From: Amoebidium appalachense
Lineage: Eukaryota > Protista > Ichthyosporea
DNA: 64,000 nt
Direction of reading: 5' to 3'
NCBI GenBank assembly: GCA_963693365.1
Contig: CAVNZM010000001.1
Span: forward strand, 14,990,418 to 15,054,417
The stretch's first letter is position 1. Each line of letters begins with the position of its first letter. The position numbers and the translations under genes are program-made. Positions 42,334-53,586 of the stretch are shown piece after piece. Below the pieces are notes generated by a model. It was given only the letters and a program-made list of their open reading frames with translations, had not been told where the DNA came from and did not search any database.

Positions 42334-44544
42334 ATGAATCGATTTGGCCCCCCTGCTCGTATTATTGGTGATACCACTGGAGACCCCCTCATAGACTCTG
42401 ATAAGTATTTCTCGGAACTGTTTAAAGATAGGACCCCCGCTCAGAAACCTATTGTGTGGCCTGTAGACCCATCTATCCCCATAGAATCGATCCTCCCCTT
42501 TTTCAGTCCCGATGCCATATGGTCTGTGATATCTAGTTATAGCTCTAGTAAGTCTTGTGGACCTGATGGACTCCCTGCTGGGTTTCTTAAAATCCTTGTT
42601 CCCTCCTACCCACAAAAGGAAAGTGATCGTGCTATTAAACCTGATCTTACTATCATGTTAAGCTCTCTCTTTTCTTGGTGTGTTAAATGTGGACATGTCC
42701 CGTCATCTTGGTTAGATACCTTAGTGATCCCCATAGTTAAGAAGGACTCTGAGGGCCCCATATCATCCTTTCGCCCCATTACACTAACCCAGGTTGTTCG
42801 TAGATTCTTTGAAGCTTGCTTACTTAGGTTATTTGCACATCACCCTAGGTTTCAATCTATTCTTCACATACACCCATGCCAATCCGCTTTTCGTAAAAAC
42901 AATTCATGTTATGTTCAAATAATGGCACTGCACGATTCTATGCAAGTTGGTGCACAATATGTTGGCTTTATTGATTGGAAAACTGCTTACGATTCTGTCT
43001 CCCCTGGTCTCCTATGGGAAAAGCTTGCTGCACGGGGTGTACCACACTGCATTGGTGTTCTGTTAGAAGCACTCTTGTCTCAAACCTATGGTAGAGCTGT
43101 GGTTAATGGGCATCTTTCATATGGTTTTGCTCGTACTAGAGGTCTCTTGCAGGGTTCATTGCTTAGCCCCTTTTTGTTTAACCTATTTATAGATGATTTG
43201 GCTGTCAAGATTTACGCCGAAAACGATGACCCTATTAATAACTTTCCGCCTGCACTTCTCTATGCTGATGATCTGTCCCTCCTTGCCCGTACCCCTAGAC
43301 GCCTGCAAAGATTGTTCGATGTAGTGTCAGAGTGGTGCAAGGCAAACCTTATGATCCTTAACATAGACAAATGTGGTGTTCTTGTACCTGATATAGCTAA
43401 CAATTTACACACATTTACATTATCATCTAAACCTGTACCTATAGTTCCAGAATACAAATATCTTGGTGTTCCGGTTGATTCTGTTGGTGTTATGTTTCCC
43501 CATATGGTCGAAAAGAGGGTAGAGTTGGCTCGTAAGCGGTTAGCTTTCTTCTCGGCTAATATTTTTAAAGACACACCCCTCCATCCTTCTATTAGACTTA
43601 CATTTATTCGCACTTTTGTCTTCCCGGCATGTGAATATGGTTTACCCCTTCTCGCCGCTTGGATCAAGAAAGAGAGAACTAGAGCGCTTAAACCCTTGGC
43701 AAATTTCCTTGAAGCAGAAGTTGCCTCCTTTCTATCTAACAACTGTTGTAAACCTGGGCCTGTAACGCTCTCGATATATGGTCTGGTCCCAATAGCTGCT
43801 AGAGTATCCTATCTCGCGCTGAAATTCAATAAGCACATAAGCCGCTTAAAGAAGTATTTGCCCTCCCACCCTCTCTTCTCTATCCGACCTGTCCCCTCCT
43901 CACCTCTCCCCTCTTTCCTCCCCTCTCTCTCCCCTTCTCCCCTGGGCACAAATACAAATAAACCCCGCAATAGTGTGTGTGTGACTTTGGACTGCCACTT
44001 ACTTATTAAACATGTACACAATCACAAGATAATCACGCAATATAACAAATGGAAAAAGATACCACACGACACTAGACCCGATGAAAGCATACACCTTGAA
44101 AAACTAAGCCTTATGTCTCGTTTTATATATACTGACCGCCTCAACCATATTGCCAAATATGGCACTCGCAAGTGTATAACACCTAAATACATATTACCTT
44201 CCTGTAGAACTGGTCTTTCTCTAGCTGATGGTATTATTGATCAATTACCACGCTTTTACTGTACACGTGCTATACAGTGGAGATCTAATAAGTATAAGGT
44301 GGCATCATTTGCATGCCCAAACAACACACACACACACCAGTTTAACCGGTCATGTATCGCCAAATGTAGTTTGATAGACCACATAATACCGCAACACACA
44401 CACGTCACATTCACAACAGACACCCAGAAAGATAGCCTACCTGTAAATTACAACATCCTTGATTTTATGCTAAACACGCGTAACTACGACCTGTTTATTA
44501 GATGTATTGATTGGCTTGAGAAACACATCACTACAAAATTATAG
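42334..44544 (+). CDS. Non-LTR-type reverse transcriptase, 736 aa, with C-terminal Cys/His motif and no recognisable endonuclease
   Basis: Motifs: KSCGPDGL, IPIVKK, FRPITL, QSAFR, FIDWKTAYDSV, GLLQGSLLSPFLFN, LYADD, NIDKC, YKYLG; C-terminal WR...CP..H..FNRSC...C. The ORF is intact. Confidence 0.95.
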   Translation: MNRFGPPARIIGDTTGDPLIDSDKYFSELFKDRTPAQKPIVWPVDPSIPIESILPFFSPDAIWSVISSYSSSKSCGPDGLPAGFLKILVPSYPQKESDRAIKPDLTIMLSSLFSWCVKCGHVPSSWLDTLVIPIVKKDSEGPISSFRPITLTQVVRRFFEACLLRLFAHHPRFQSILHIHPCQSAFRKNNSCYVQIMALHDSMQVGAQYVGFIDWKTAYDSVSPGLLWEKLAARGVPHCIGVLLEALLSQTYGRAVVNGHLSYGFARTRGLLQGSLLSPFLFNLFIDDLAVKIYAENDDPINNFPPALLYADDLSLLARTPRRLQRLFDVVSEWCKANLMILNIDKCGVLVPDIANNLHTFTLSSKPVPIVPEYKYLGVPVDSVGVMFPHMVEKRVELARKRLAFFSANIFKDTPLHPSIRLTFIRTFVFPACEYGLPLLAAWIKKERTRALKPLANFLEAEVASFLSNNCCKPGPVTLSIYGLVPIAARVSYLALKFNKHISRLKKYLPSHPLFSIRPVPSSPLPSFLPSLSPSPLGTNTNKPRNSVCVTLDCHLLIKHVHNHKIITQYNKWKKIPHDTRPDESIHLEKLSLMSRFIYTDRLNHIAKYGTRKCITPKYILPSCRTGLSLADGIIDQLPRFYCTRAIQWRSNKYKVASFACPNNTHTHQFNRSCIAKCSLIDHIIPQHTHVTFTTDTQKDSLPVNYNILDFMLNTRNYDLFIRCIDWLEKHITTKL

Positions 44545-44564
44545 CGCACGCGCACACACACACA

Positions 44565-44615
<51 letters not shown>

Positions 44616-44655
44616 CCAGCTGATACCGAGTGTCCCGAGGGGAGCCCCCTTTGGG

Positions 44656-44713
<58 letters not shown>

Positions 44714-44910
44714 GGGGAACCCCAACTAATTGATTTCTCCTTGTAGTCTTTATGGTGTCTCGTAGAGAAAGTAAACCCTGATATATAGTCACCACCCGAC
44801 ATCTATGTACGTGATCATGATATACCGCTGAGGGGATATTCCGAGCAAAACCCCCCCCCCCCCATACCTGAGACTGGTTCTCTTTGCCTCGAGTAAACAG
44901 CGTAAACCCC

Positions 44911-45930
44911 GATTGGATTTCCACCTGCACCAATCAATGTGCTTGTAAATGTGAGTTAAATGGCTTTTGATTGGCTGTCGACATACTTCTAGCCATTGCT
45001 GGGCTGGGCGGGTTGACGGAGGGACATTGTTTGGTAGCATCAAGCCGCCAAGCGCTTGCACGTCGAGCTTTTTTGCTCAGTAATAAAAATATATATTTTG
45101 CCTATTTATAAACATATATTTTGTCTACATAAGTTTGAGTGTATCATAATGGAGCGGCTTTTGCGAATCTCACAACAGAATATCATATATGTGCAAACGA
45201 AGCCCAGTTTCAGGGCAGAAACTTTGTCTACTGATTACGTAAGGGAAATCTCCGCTGACTTACTCTATAAAGGCCCCATTTCCAAAGCCTAAACTTTTTG
45301 GAGATTACAAAAAGATCGGCCGCTTCACTATGTACAGCATATTTCAAATAAATTAATTTTTACTTTCCTAATTGTTTTTATATTGTATTTTAAGTTTTTT
45401 TTCAATTTTGTTTTGGTATCGAACTGTCAGGTTGATTAATCCTCGTGCCATAATTATTTCTTCCTTTGCACAACTTATTGGACCCCATATTGAAGTGAAT
45501 CTTTAAAGGTTTTGGCGGTTCAAAGCTAGCCAATCACAATAGGTCAGCTGGCAAATTTTGAAGCTTTTGATTGGAACGCTCATAAATGACGACTGACCAA
45601 TCAGCTTGAGTCAGATTGTATTCTGGAATGTACGTGGAGAGCTCTCACCCGTATATCAGAATTTCTGACTTGTATCCAATTATATCTTATCTTGGCACAG
45701 CCACTTTGCACCACAATCAGTGTGCATTTCCGAATCAGCTTATAGCGGCTTAAATGCGCATGACACTTTCAGAATGGCATTAAAACACATACAACATTTT
45801 TTTGCGCCGAAAATGACGTTCTAATTTGTAAATGGTATTGGTTTTCCTTAATTCTGAAACTTTATTGCAACCCAACAGCTAAGCATTGGCTGCATCATCC
45901 ATAGTTGGAGCACTAACAGCCAATCGCATC
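44911..45930. promoter_or_regulatory. CCAAT-box-rich promoter-like region
   Basis: About nine CCAAT/ATTGG motifs (near 44912, 44930, 44970, 45530, 45570, 45597, 45837, 45886, 45920) in microsatellite-free DNA. This was contiguous with the F-box gene upstream region before the insertion. Confidence 0.4.
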
Positions 45931-48629
45931 GAGCCATTTCTAAAAAGTTTTCTCCGGTGCGGCGGTTTGCTGATACACGGCTCGCACCCGCGCAGCGGCG
46001 GTCCGCGAAACAAGTTATTGGCAATCTATTATTATTTGCAAACGGCCAGAGTTTGATCTACATATGTGTACTCTGTATCGCTTTATTAGCAAGCAAATCT
46101 GTTTGTAGGAGTTACTCAGACTTTGTGTACACTCACGTATGACTTGACTCACACCGTGCCCACGTGAGAAGGAGGGTGGATAGTATGCACGTGCACGTAT
46201 CCAGCGTTGGTGTTCAGTGCATCTCTCGTACATGAATGTGTTTGTAGGCATTCGACCTTGTGATGGCAGGCATACGAAGGATGAGAAGGATGTGCTTGTC
46301 GCAATTCGTCCATAAATTTCATCGAAATAGGAAGGTGCGGTTTTGTGATGGGCTCCTCAGGCGCGTTCGAACATATGGGGCCTGTTGAGGAACTAACTTA
46401 CACCATGTTATATCTTCCAGAGTGATGAAGGGGGTGAAACGTTTGGCAAGTATTTTTTGTGCTGCTGATGGCCCCGCTGAAAAGTAACGGTATGACTGGT
46501 GGCATGGCAATAAACCAGTGGTGTGTTTTCCGTGACTGAGCGGGTTGCACGCATATAGGTGCCACAACCAGATAGCACCAACTTGTAACTCACATGTTAT
46601 GTCCATTCGTTGCTTCCACCACACAGGCATTATAAGCACTTTTTGGTTTGCCGTGACACAGTATGTTTTGTATGCAACGCCGATGTGTTTTGACTTTCGT
46701 TTACACACATCCCCACGCATCACACACATATGCATGCATACTCCATTCACACACACACGTACACACACAACATTTTTCAGTGACAGTCGATAGGCAGTTC
46801 CGGTTGATAAAGAGTTCAAAGTTGTATGTCGTGACCCGTTTTTGCTCTGTTCCACTGTCAACACCCCCGCCCCTCCCCCTTCCCCCCCCCCCCCCCCCCC
46901 TCTCCCCCCCCCCCTCCCCCTCCCCTCATCCTCATCTTTGCGTAAGCCATGTTTAACTGCCTATTGCCGCATGCACAGGGTGGGCTGGGAAACATGGGCG
47001 AGACATGCATGACCCCCCCCCCCCGTTGGTGAGCTCTGCTTACGTGATTCCTGCCAGCCCATTATTCGGTTTCTGTTTGTGCTTCTGACTTTTTCCATTC
47101 CTTTGCTTCCATATTTCCACCGTGACCCTCAATGCACTTACTCCCCCCCCCCCCCCCCCCCCCCCCCGCCCTTGCCACCTACCCACTCAGAGGGTCCTGT
47201 GCTCACCACGGCCAGCTGCAGCTAATTAGCCCACCCACCTTTCCCTGCCCTTTTTGCGCGCTTTGGCAATGCCAGCTTGCTGCCCCTTCCTGCCCACCTA
47301 CACCACCATTTCCTTGCCATAATTCAACCACTCTTCCCGTTTTTAGCCATACTCATTCGCGAACTCATTTACACTCCCCCCCTTCCCCCCCCCTCTCCCC
47401 TTCCCCCCCATCCCCTCCCTTTCCACCTTTCACTCACCCCTTGTTTTGTATTTTTTCTTTGACCGGTTCTGCGGTTCAGTTATATGTCTCCGGTGTGAGA
47501 ATGTTTGAGTTGCTGTTGTTGAGGTTGATTGAGGCAAGGGGGGGCACAGCAGGATTCGAAAGACGTGTTGGTGACTGAGCACTAACTTATCAGTTTGCAC
47601 TCTTATATATATATATATATGGCCCAGTGACGTGGGTTGGTGTTATATGGGGGGGGGGGGGGGGGGGGGGGGCTGCAAACCACGCGGAGAAGGGGGAGTG
47701 GGGAGGGGAGGGAGGGGAAGGGAGAAGGATAAGCAGCAAGCCACTCACGCCGGGGAAGGGGACGGTGGGGTTATGCTGCAAACCACACCCGGCGGCGGCG
47801 GGGGGGGGGGGGGGGGGGGGGGGGGGATTTTGACGGATTTTGACGATCATACCTTTTTTTTAAGTCTATGTGGAGGTCTGGTGGATGGGCAAGTATGTAG
47901 TAAAACATGGGAACCGACGAATAAAGTGCATACCCACCGGCGTGGCTGGGGCGAATACCATGGGCAAAGTGTGTGCGAATACTTAGGATTGTTTAAAGGC
48001 GTGTTAGCTTAGCTAATAATACCGGAGCACCCTAGCTAGAGTACTGTCGGTCCTGGGTGGAAGACGGTAGTTCCCCCTGAGGGACCAAGAGGTCCTTCCG
48101 GGAACAAAACGGGATAAAAAAAAACAATAAAAAAAACGAATAAAGCGCACATTCGAATTCCCACCCACACACACACGGGCGGCGGCCGGCAGCCTGCAGG
48201 GCATAGGCAGGCCAAAGTCACGCACGTGGCCGTCAGGCCGAGGGAGTCCTGCTCACGTGCACTGTTGTCTGACTGCGCCGCGGGCCGGGTCCTGCCCCCT
48301 CCCCCCACCCCCCCCACCCCCACCCCCACCCCCGGCATGGCCCCCCGGCCCCGGGGCCAAACATCTGGCCCAACTAAAGTTACGGTAGCTAGCAGCAATT
48401 CGAGATTTGGAACTGACGGTACGTAGCAGCAAGTTTGAAATTCTGGAATTCGAGATTTGGGACTATGAAATGGTAAGTTTTATCATGATCATGTTCCATG
48501 GGACTAGTATTAGTTGGAACTGTTTATATTTGCATGTTACTCAGAGTTATCAGAGCATATACTTCCAGTTTCTTATAGTTATACTAGGTGTGTGTGTATT
48601 CTTTGTTTTGTCCACATGTTTTTGCCGGG

Positions 48630-48667
<38 letters not shown>

Positions 48668-48960
48668 AGAGGGGAGGGGGAGGGGAGGGAGGGGGGGGGG
48701 GGGAGGGGGGGAGGCAAGGGGTGTGATGTATGTATTCAGAGGGTTGGAAGTCTGGGGGAGACACCAAACAAACAAATTTTAAATACAAAACGTCACAAGT
48801 AGGAAACCCCGAAGTAATACACTGAGCTTATAATAAAAATAGCAATCTTTTTCTTTTTTTTTAATTAAAAAAAAAAGTGTGCACGTAGGTGACTTAAACA
48901 GAGCTCATCGTCATTGGGGCCCCGGGCCCGGGGTTCCTATGCCAGGAGGAGGCCGGAGGA

Positions 48961-48998
<38 letters not shown>

Positions 48999-49086
48999 GT
49001 CCGAAGAGTCCCACCACGTGTACCGGGCTTGGGTCATGATGGTTGTATGCAGTTAAGTGCATGGTATTGCAGGGGAACGAAATGGG

Positions 49087-49125
<39 letters not shown>

Positions 49126-49186
49126 GGGGGGGGGGGGGGTCCGGAGGGGAGATTTCAAGTTTTTCTTTCTTTCTTTTTTTTTTTTT

Positions 49187-49227
<41 letters not shown>

Positions 49228-49539
49228 CCAAGGGAAATCGGCGCATAGTCTGGCCCAGCATAAGTTAAAGCTTTCACTGTCCTGGATGCACGGTGTGCAG
49301 TTCGTAAACTCTCATTACGGATCATATTCATTGAGCACGCAAACATGATCCCATTCGGGGTATGTATGTGCACGCGTATGTTACAGTAGTGTGTATACTG
49401 CAAGCACAGACAGGTGTACAGTATGCGTGGAAGAGGCTTTCTCAAACGGGTAAAATGTCATGTGGGTGGACGCGTGAGTATTAGTAGGAGGCATCATAGT
49501 GGCAGTCAGTCCCCCGCGGCCCCGGAGGAGAGGGGTATT

Positions 49540-49576
<37 letters not shown>

Positions 49577-49698
49577 TCACGGAGACCGTCGAATCAAGAA
49601 GTCTCAGGCTGTGCACATGCACGATGTAAGATGTACAACACCATGCAAAAATTCCACAAGAATGTGTCTGATATGCCAAGCCCATCCTTGGGGGAGAA

Positions 49699-49734
<36 letters not shown>

Positions 49735-50770
49735 TGCATCACCGGTGACATGTACACGCTTGTCATTAGGAATATTGTGTATTGCCTGTTGTCAGGCTGT
49801 ACATCTATCTGCACGATGATTCCTCCGTAATACACACCAAATATATATATGGGGTCACGATGTGCAAAACACGAAACACATTCACAGGGCATCCTAGTTT
49901 CCACCACCAACAAAGTAATTTATGGATAACGCTTGTCACTATTAATATGTGCCTTAATACGCTACTAGGACCTTACTAACTCTCCAAATTGAATATTACT
50001 GCATACAGATATCTATGCCGCATTCAAGTTATAATTATGATGTAAAGTTCGTTCCTGTATGTGGTTGCTTTCAGTACTAGGTCCACGCCTTATTACGCAT
50101 ACATTTTATGATGTTACAGTTCCAGACTTCACACAGTAAACCACTACATCATTCAAAGTCTAGTTATGACTGGTACACTTGTCCGATTATAAAAAAGGGG
50201 GTTTTGGCTGACTCTGCCACTGCTAGTGCTCTAGTCCCTGAGATACTTGCTGCAGAAGGACGAAGGAGAGGGAGAAACGGGGGGGGGAAGGGGGGGGGGG
50301 GGGGGGGGGAGTGGGGGGGAAGAGGGAGGGGGAGCAGGGGCAAGGGATTTTCGGGTTCAAGTATGGTGTGGGAAAGGAGCAAAGAAAAGAGGGGAAGGAG
50401 GGGGAAAGGGGGAAGGGGGAGCTCGAGAAGGTTCAAACCGACCATACAGCCCCTCCTCCCCCCCCCCCCCCCCCCCCCCCCCCCATCTCACACAATTGAA
50501 CCCCCCCCCCCCCCCCTTATCCTCCCCCCCCCCCCCCCCGGCCCCCCCCCAACACACACACACACACACGCACCTCTTCCCCACCGTGGCTCTCCCCACT
50601 GCTCTTTCGTGGGACCCCCCCCCCCTTCCCCCCTCCTCCTCCTCCTCCTCCCCCGGCCCTCCCCCTCCCCCCCTCCCCCCCCAGGAAAAAAAAAAAAGAA
50701 AAAAAAAAAAAGAAAAAAAAAAAAAAAAAGCAAAAGTGCTGCAGTATTCTAGTTGGGAAACTGCACACAA

Positions 50771-51856
50771 TTACATCAGCGCGCACGAAACTGAGTCCTC
50801 CCCGCCTGCCTGACCCCTACACCGACAGGGCCCGTGACAGCTGCAGTTGCGAATAATCAAATCCTTTTCCCCGTGGAAAGTCGACAAAAACTCGTCCAAA
50901 ATGAACAGCAGGGCAAACATGATGTGCACGGTGCGTCTCGTGACTTGGTACTTAATTCTCCCCTCGATCCCGCCACCGTGCTCTTTCGCTTTTCCCATTG
51001 GCGTCGTCAAAGACTCCATGTGCTTTTCAACGTAGACCTGCGCCTGCGCCCACGAGTTCAACGTAGCAACGCTGTTTTTCGCGTAGAGGTTGAAAAACTC
51101 CAGCAATCTCTCATCGCTTGCGTTTTTCCCTACCCGTGCCAAATCTTCAATGTTGAAATCAGGTGCCAGGATGAGAAACTCCGACTGCATGTTCCCTCCA
51201 GGTGTGTGCGCGTCCGTGCGTGAGAGAGGAACCGTCGGGCAGGCAAAGTGTAAACACCGGATTCTCGTTTCGTTTTCCGTCATCCTCCACAGCTTTGCGA
51301 ACTCCTTGCCGTTTCCATACCACGCATCGCTCAACAATCTTTGCACCTTTGAAGGGTCAGCATTGGGCATGCCTCCTCCCCTCCTTCTAATCGATGCATG
51401 TGCTCTTTTCTTGTTTTTCTCCTGCCACGCTTCATACATCAGTCCCCTTATGCGCATGAACATGATAAAGTCAGGCCCGGGAACCTTCGGCTTCAAGTTT
51501 AGTTCGTATTCGGGTTCATCAAGTGGAAATGGTGGGAGGGGGAACTTTCCATTGGGGGCTTCGGCTGAGTTCCCAACGAGTGCTTTTTGTTGTTGGCTGC
51601 TTTTTTTCGACACCTTGTTTTTCTCAACGCCCTGATTTGAAGACGCATTAACAGACTCTATACTTCCCAAGTTGTGCACAGCATCATACTCCTTCCTTGC
51701 AATTTGAAGAAATTCACGTGCAGTTTTCCTGTCGAACTTGATTTGAGCGTCATTTCCGAACTTTTCCTGGAGCATTTTCTGTGCACGATTAACCCCTAAC
51801 GACCCCTGTGTTTCTTTAACTTGTTCCTTGAGGAAGTCTACCGCCTTCCTCTCCAT
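50771..51856 (-). CDS. Intronless hypothetical protein (~360 aa)
   Basis: 1.1-kb open frame of normal complexity inside microsatellite-rich DNA. First ATG is at 51856 (MERKAVDF). No domain recognised with confidence. Confidence 0.65.
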   Translation of the reverse strand: MERKAVDFLKEQVKETQGSLGVNRAQKMLQEKFGNDAQIKFDRKTAREFLQIARKEYDAVHNLGSIESVNASSNQGVEKNKVSKKSSQQQKALVGNSAEAPNGKFPLPPFPLDEPEYELNLKPKVPGPDFIMFMRIRGLMYEAWQEKNKKRAHASIRRRGGGMPNADPSKVQRLLSDAWYGNGKEFAKLWRMTENETRIRCLHFACPTVPLSRTDAHTPGGNMQSEFLILAPDFNIEDLARVGKNASDERLLEFFNLYAKNSVATLNSWAQAQVYVEKHMESLTTPMGKAKEHGGGIEGRIKYQVTRRTVHIMFALLFILDEFLSTFHGEKDLIIRNCSCHGPCRCRGQAGGEDSVSCALM

Positions 51857-52269
51857 CTTGCCTGTATTTCGTTTTGTTGCTAATAAAGCTTCCTGCAACT
51901 CTTAGAGCTTAATTTGTTGTAATAATTTATTAGGGATATAGAAGAGGGAAAAAAATATCATCACTTCAGGGAGGGTTACGCGTTACTGAGTTTCCACACA
52001 GAAGATGTTCGAGTGTCTTCAAGTGTTCCAAGTTTGTTGTTGCTATGCAGCTACAAGGTTGGCACAGTTGACCATTCATTAGGAAGTCGTCCGTTAGCTG
52101 TTCATGCAATGGTCAACCTTATACAATAACCATATACAGCTAATTACCATGACCAGGGTTCGGAATTCGAACTTTTAAGGCCCGGCACAGACGCAACCAT
52201 GACCACGGCCCCCAGTAGGACCTGCGTCCACCCCCCCCCCCCCCTCCCCCCCCCCCCCCCCTCCGGGGA

Positions 52270-52346
<77 letters not shown>

Positions 52347-52405
52347 CGCTCTCTCTGTCTCTCTCGCGCGCGCGCTCTCTCTCTCCCCCCTCTCTCTCCC
52401 TCTAG

Positions 52406-52472
<67 letters not shown>

Positions 52473-52594
52473 CATATCTAATCTCTTATGTCTATCTCTT
52501 CCCCCGCCCTGCTCTCACTCTCTCTATCTCTATATAGCCCTCCCCCTCCCCCTCTTCTCTCTCTAGCTCTCTCTCTCTCTCTCTCTCTCTCTCG

Positions 52595-52636
<42 letters not shown>

Positions 52637-53586
52637 AGATCTCTCTCTCTCTCTGTCACTCTCTCACTTCCGGGCTCCCCTCCGTATCCATTTCGACTCT
52701 CGAGCTCCCCCCTCCCCCCCCCCCCCGGCCCCCCTCCCTCTCTCCCCTCCCCCCTCCCCCCCCCCCTCTCTCTCGCTCCCCCTACCTAGGCCTCCCCACT
52801 ATCCCCCTCGAGCCCCCCCCCCCCCCCCCCCCCCCCCTTCCCCGGCGGCCCGCCCCCCTCCCCCCCCCCCCCCCCCCAAAAAAAAAAAAATCCGGTTATC
52901 CCCTGCTCACATCCCCCCCCCCCCCCCCCCCCCCTTCCTGGTCCCCCCCTCATCCCCGCCCGCTCTCCCACGCCCCGGAAAACACACACACCTACGTCTA
53001 CCCGCGCACACGCTACCCAGCCCACCGCATTACAAGTCCCTGGCAAGCCTCTGGCCGCGAGCGAATCCGGCTGCCTCTCACCGCCAAGCTCGCAAGTGGT
53101 GTTGGGGCCGTGAGTACTGTAGCTACGTTGATCAATACTAATGCATATGGTTGTACAGTTACCTTGTGTAACGCAGGTTTGTGAGCTCGGAGCGAGCATG
53201 GTGCTGCGTTTTCATGGCCCCCAACCATGTTCCACTACATATAGCCAACTGAATTTTTTTAAAAGGGACCGCCGGACTCAGCGAGAGCGAGGATCCGCTC
53301 AGACTTAGCTACAGGCTCTTGCCCACTGTTGACTGCGACGGTGAGGCTCTGTTGCGCGCACTTGCTACATTTAGAAATCACACCTGGCTTCCTATTGGTC
53401 TGTTTAACCCAACAATTTTCATTGGATCTTCTTAACCAATGATATCGTGCCACGGGATGTTTGTTTACATCGTGACTCGTGAGCCACAATTACTCCCTCC
53501 CAATGCAGCTGACGCTCGTGTTAGTTTTTCTTGATGACCCATATGTACATGCGACTGTGTGCCGATTAGCTATCGTTTTGGTCTTT

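Larger units (their letters stand above)
42114..44910 (+). mobile_element. Non-LTR-type retroelement, long copy (tRNA-like head, structured leader, RT ORF, 3' tail)
   Basis: Flanked by the direct repeat GATTGGATTTC at 42109-42119 and 44911-44921. The 3' boundary is independently fixed by the end of homology with the second copy (…gcgtaaacccc). Confidence 0.85.

Noticed and set aside
43325-43468. Segment missing in copy 2 as a spliced-out intron
   Set aside because: The boundaries do not fit GT-AG, and the segment encodes essential RT motifs.
53259-53360. Possible Pol III ncRNA on the minus strand ending in TTTT
   Set aside because: No recognisable SRP, U6, 5S or RNase P motifs, and no A/B boxes.
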